The notes under the pieces were generated by a model. The model saw only the letters and a program-made list of their open reading frames with translations. It was not told where the DNA came from and made no database searches. From Paraglomus brasilianum (taxonomy: Eukaryota), in NCBI GenBank assembly GCA_910592345.1, contig CAJVPI010000004.1, forward strand, positions 62,001-115,399: a DNA stretch of 53,399 nucleotides, written 5' to 3'. A program made the translations under genes and the position numbers. This document shows positions 52,294 to 53,399 of the stretch, one piece after another (the first letter of the stretch is position 1; each line of letters begins with the position of its first letter).

Positions 52294-52928
52294 TTAGAAG
52301 CCCTTCTGCCAGTTTGGCTTTTGTCTGTTCCTTAGACGTTTGTAGAACTTCTTTCCTCCGCTCTGCTTTGTCTGAGATATCAGAGAGACATGAATAAACA
52401 AGTCAATATAAGTATGAGACATGTATATTGTATTTCTATCTGCATTATACAAACCTCTTGAATCTCCAAGAACTTCCGTTTGTAATAAGTTTTCGCTTCC
52501 TCGTCAGCCAGTAATTGATCTACGACAGTGCGTCTTTTCTCTTTACGCGTCAATCGGGCTGAGCGAGGATCTGCTGGGCCTTCGACTATTGTACCAATCT
52601 GCAATGCGTAAAACATATGCTCGATTGGATCACTTGAAATGAAACATTACTGACAAAGCGCTGACTAAATAACAAAACCACGCACCTGAAAATGCGTGGG
52701 CAGTTCTTTTAAATCGCCCTTTTTGTAAAATCGCTTTGGATCGAGAACATCTCTTAGTTTGAGAAGTTGTAAATGCCGCTTTATTTCAGGTGTTATTTCA
52801 GCTTTCGGGATATCGAACCAGCCAGACTGGACCGTTTTTCGACGTTCAGCATTTTGTTTTTTTGAATCTCTGTTTGCCGCAAGGCGAGCTTGAGCTGAAC
52901 GTTGTTTCTGCTTGTTCAAGCGACCCAT
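52294..52928 (-). CDS. FCF2: Pre-rRNA processing protein Fcf2 (DNTTIP2 family)
   Basis: GWFDIPKAEITPEIKRHLQLLKLRDVLDPKRFYKK...PTHFQ|IGTIVEGP...RLTRKEKRRTVVDQLLADEE...YYKRKFLEIQE|TKQSGGKK; 3 exons. Confidence 0.96.
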
Positions 52929-53399
52929 TGTTAACTGAGGAATATTACTATTACAGTTATTGCGAAATGAAATCAAAAAATTTTATACGAACACGTGACT
53001 ATAGAGATTGATAACCCCTGAACATAATATGCTAGCTTTTTCACTACCGTGAATCAGAGAGAATTCGCTAAGACTGCTGTCTTTATTATATTACCGTTTC
53101 CATTACAGAGAAGACATTTACAACCGCGATTAATGGAACAATTATGAGAAATTTTACTTAACGATAAACCGATCAAACTACATACCTACTCATATTACTT
53201 GACATACTTGTCGGCTAGTTGCATAGAACATTTGTGGTTATTACAAACATGTCATTACACATAATCGCCATATTCTATTTATGGCTTATTAAAGTTTTTA
53301 ACCCCTGAATTCTTTAGTTATTGCAATGCCACTGACAGAACTAATAACAGCAAATACCAAAATAAAGTAGTATTCAAACTTAAACTAATGATATTCGTC

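Overview
This is AT-rich eukaryotic DNA with many short spliceosomal introns. Gene and repeat families point to an early-diverging fungus, most consistent with Glomeromycota/Mucoromycota (inference). Housekeeping genes that can be reconstructed by splicing: Sec7 ARF-GEF (Gea/GBF1, running off the left edge), RPAP3-like TPR co-chaperone, two-repeat Myb factor, RDH12-like SDR, BUD23, PRKRIP1, GET3, LCB1 and FCF2. Unexplained but apparently intact genes: a 6-exon orphan with RGG, SILK-like and RVxF motifs (7824-9818), a small Ies4-motif-like gene, and a 638-aa intronless membrane-protein ORF (41417-43333). Between these lies decayed accessory DNA: pogo/Tigger ends and MITEs, a Mutator-type MITE with a 9-bp TSD in the BUD23 promoter, a Sola-like transposase relic, Crinkler-type NTPase/nuclease pseudogenes, and two Mrr-like nuclease 5' remnants that each precede a pogo 3' end. 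I found no rRNA, tRNA or CRISPR array. Exon structures were worked out by eye and family calls come from recalled motifs, not database searches.
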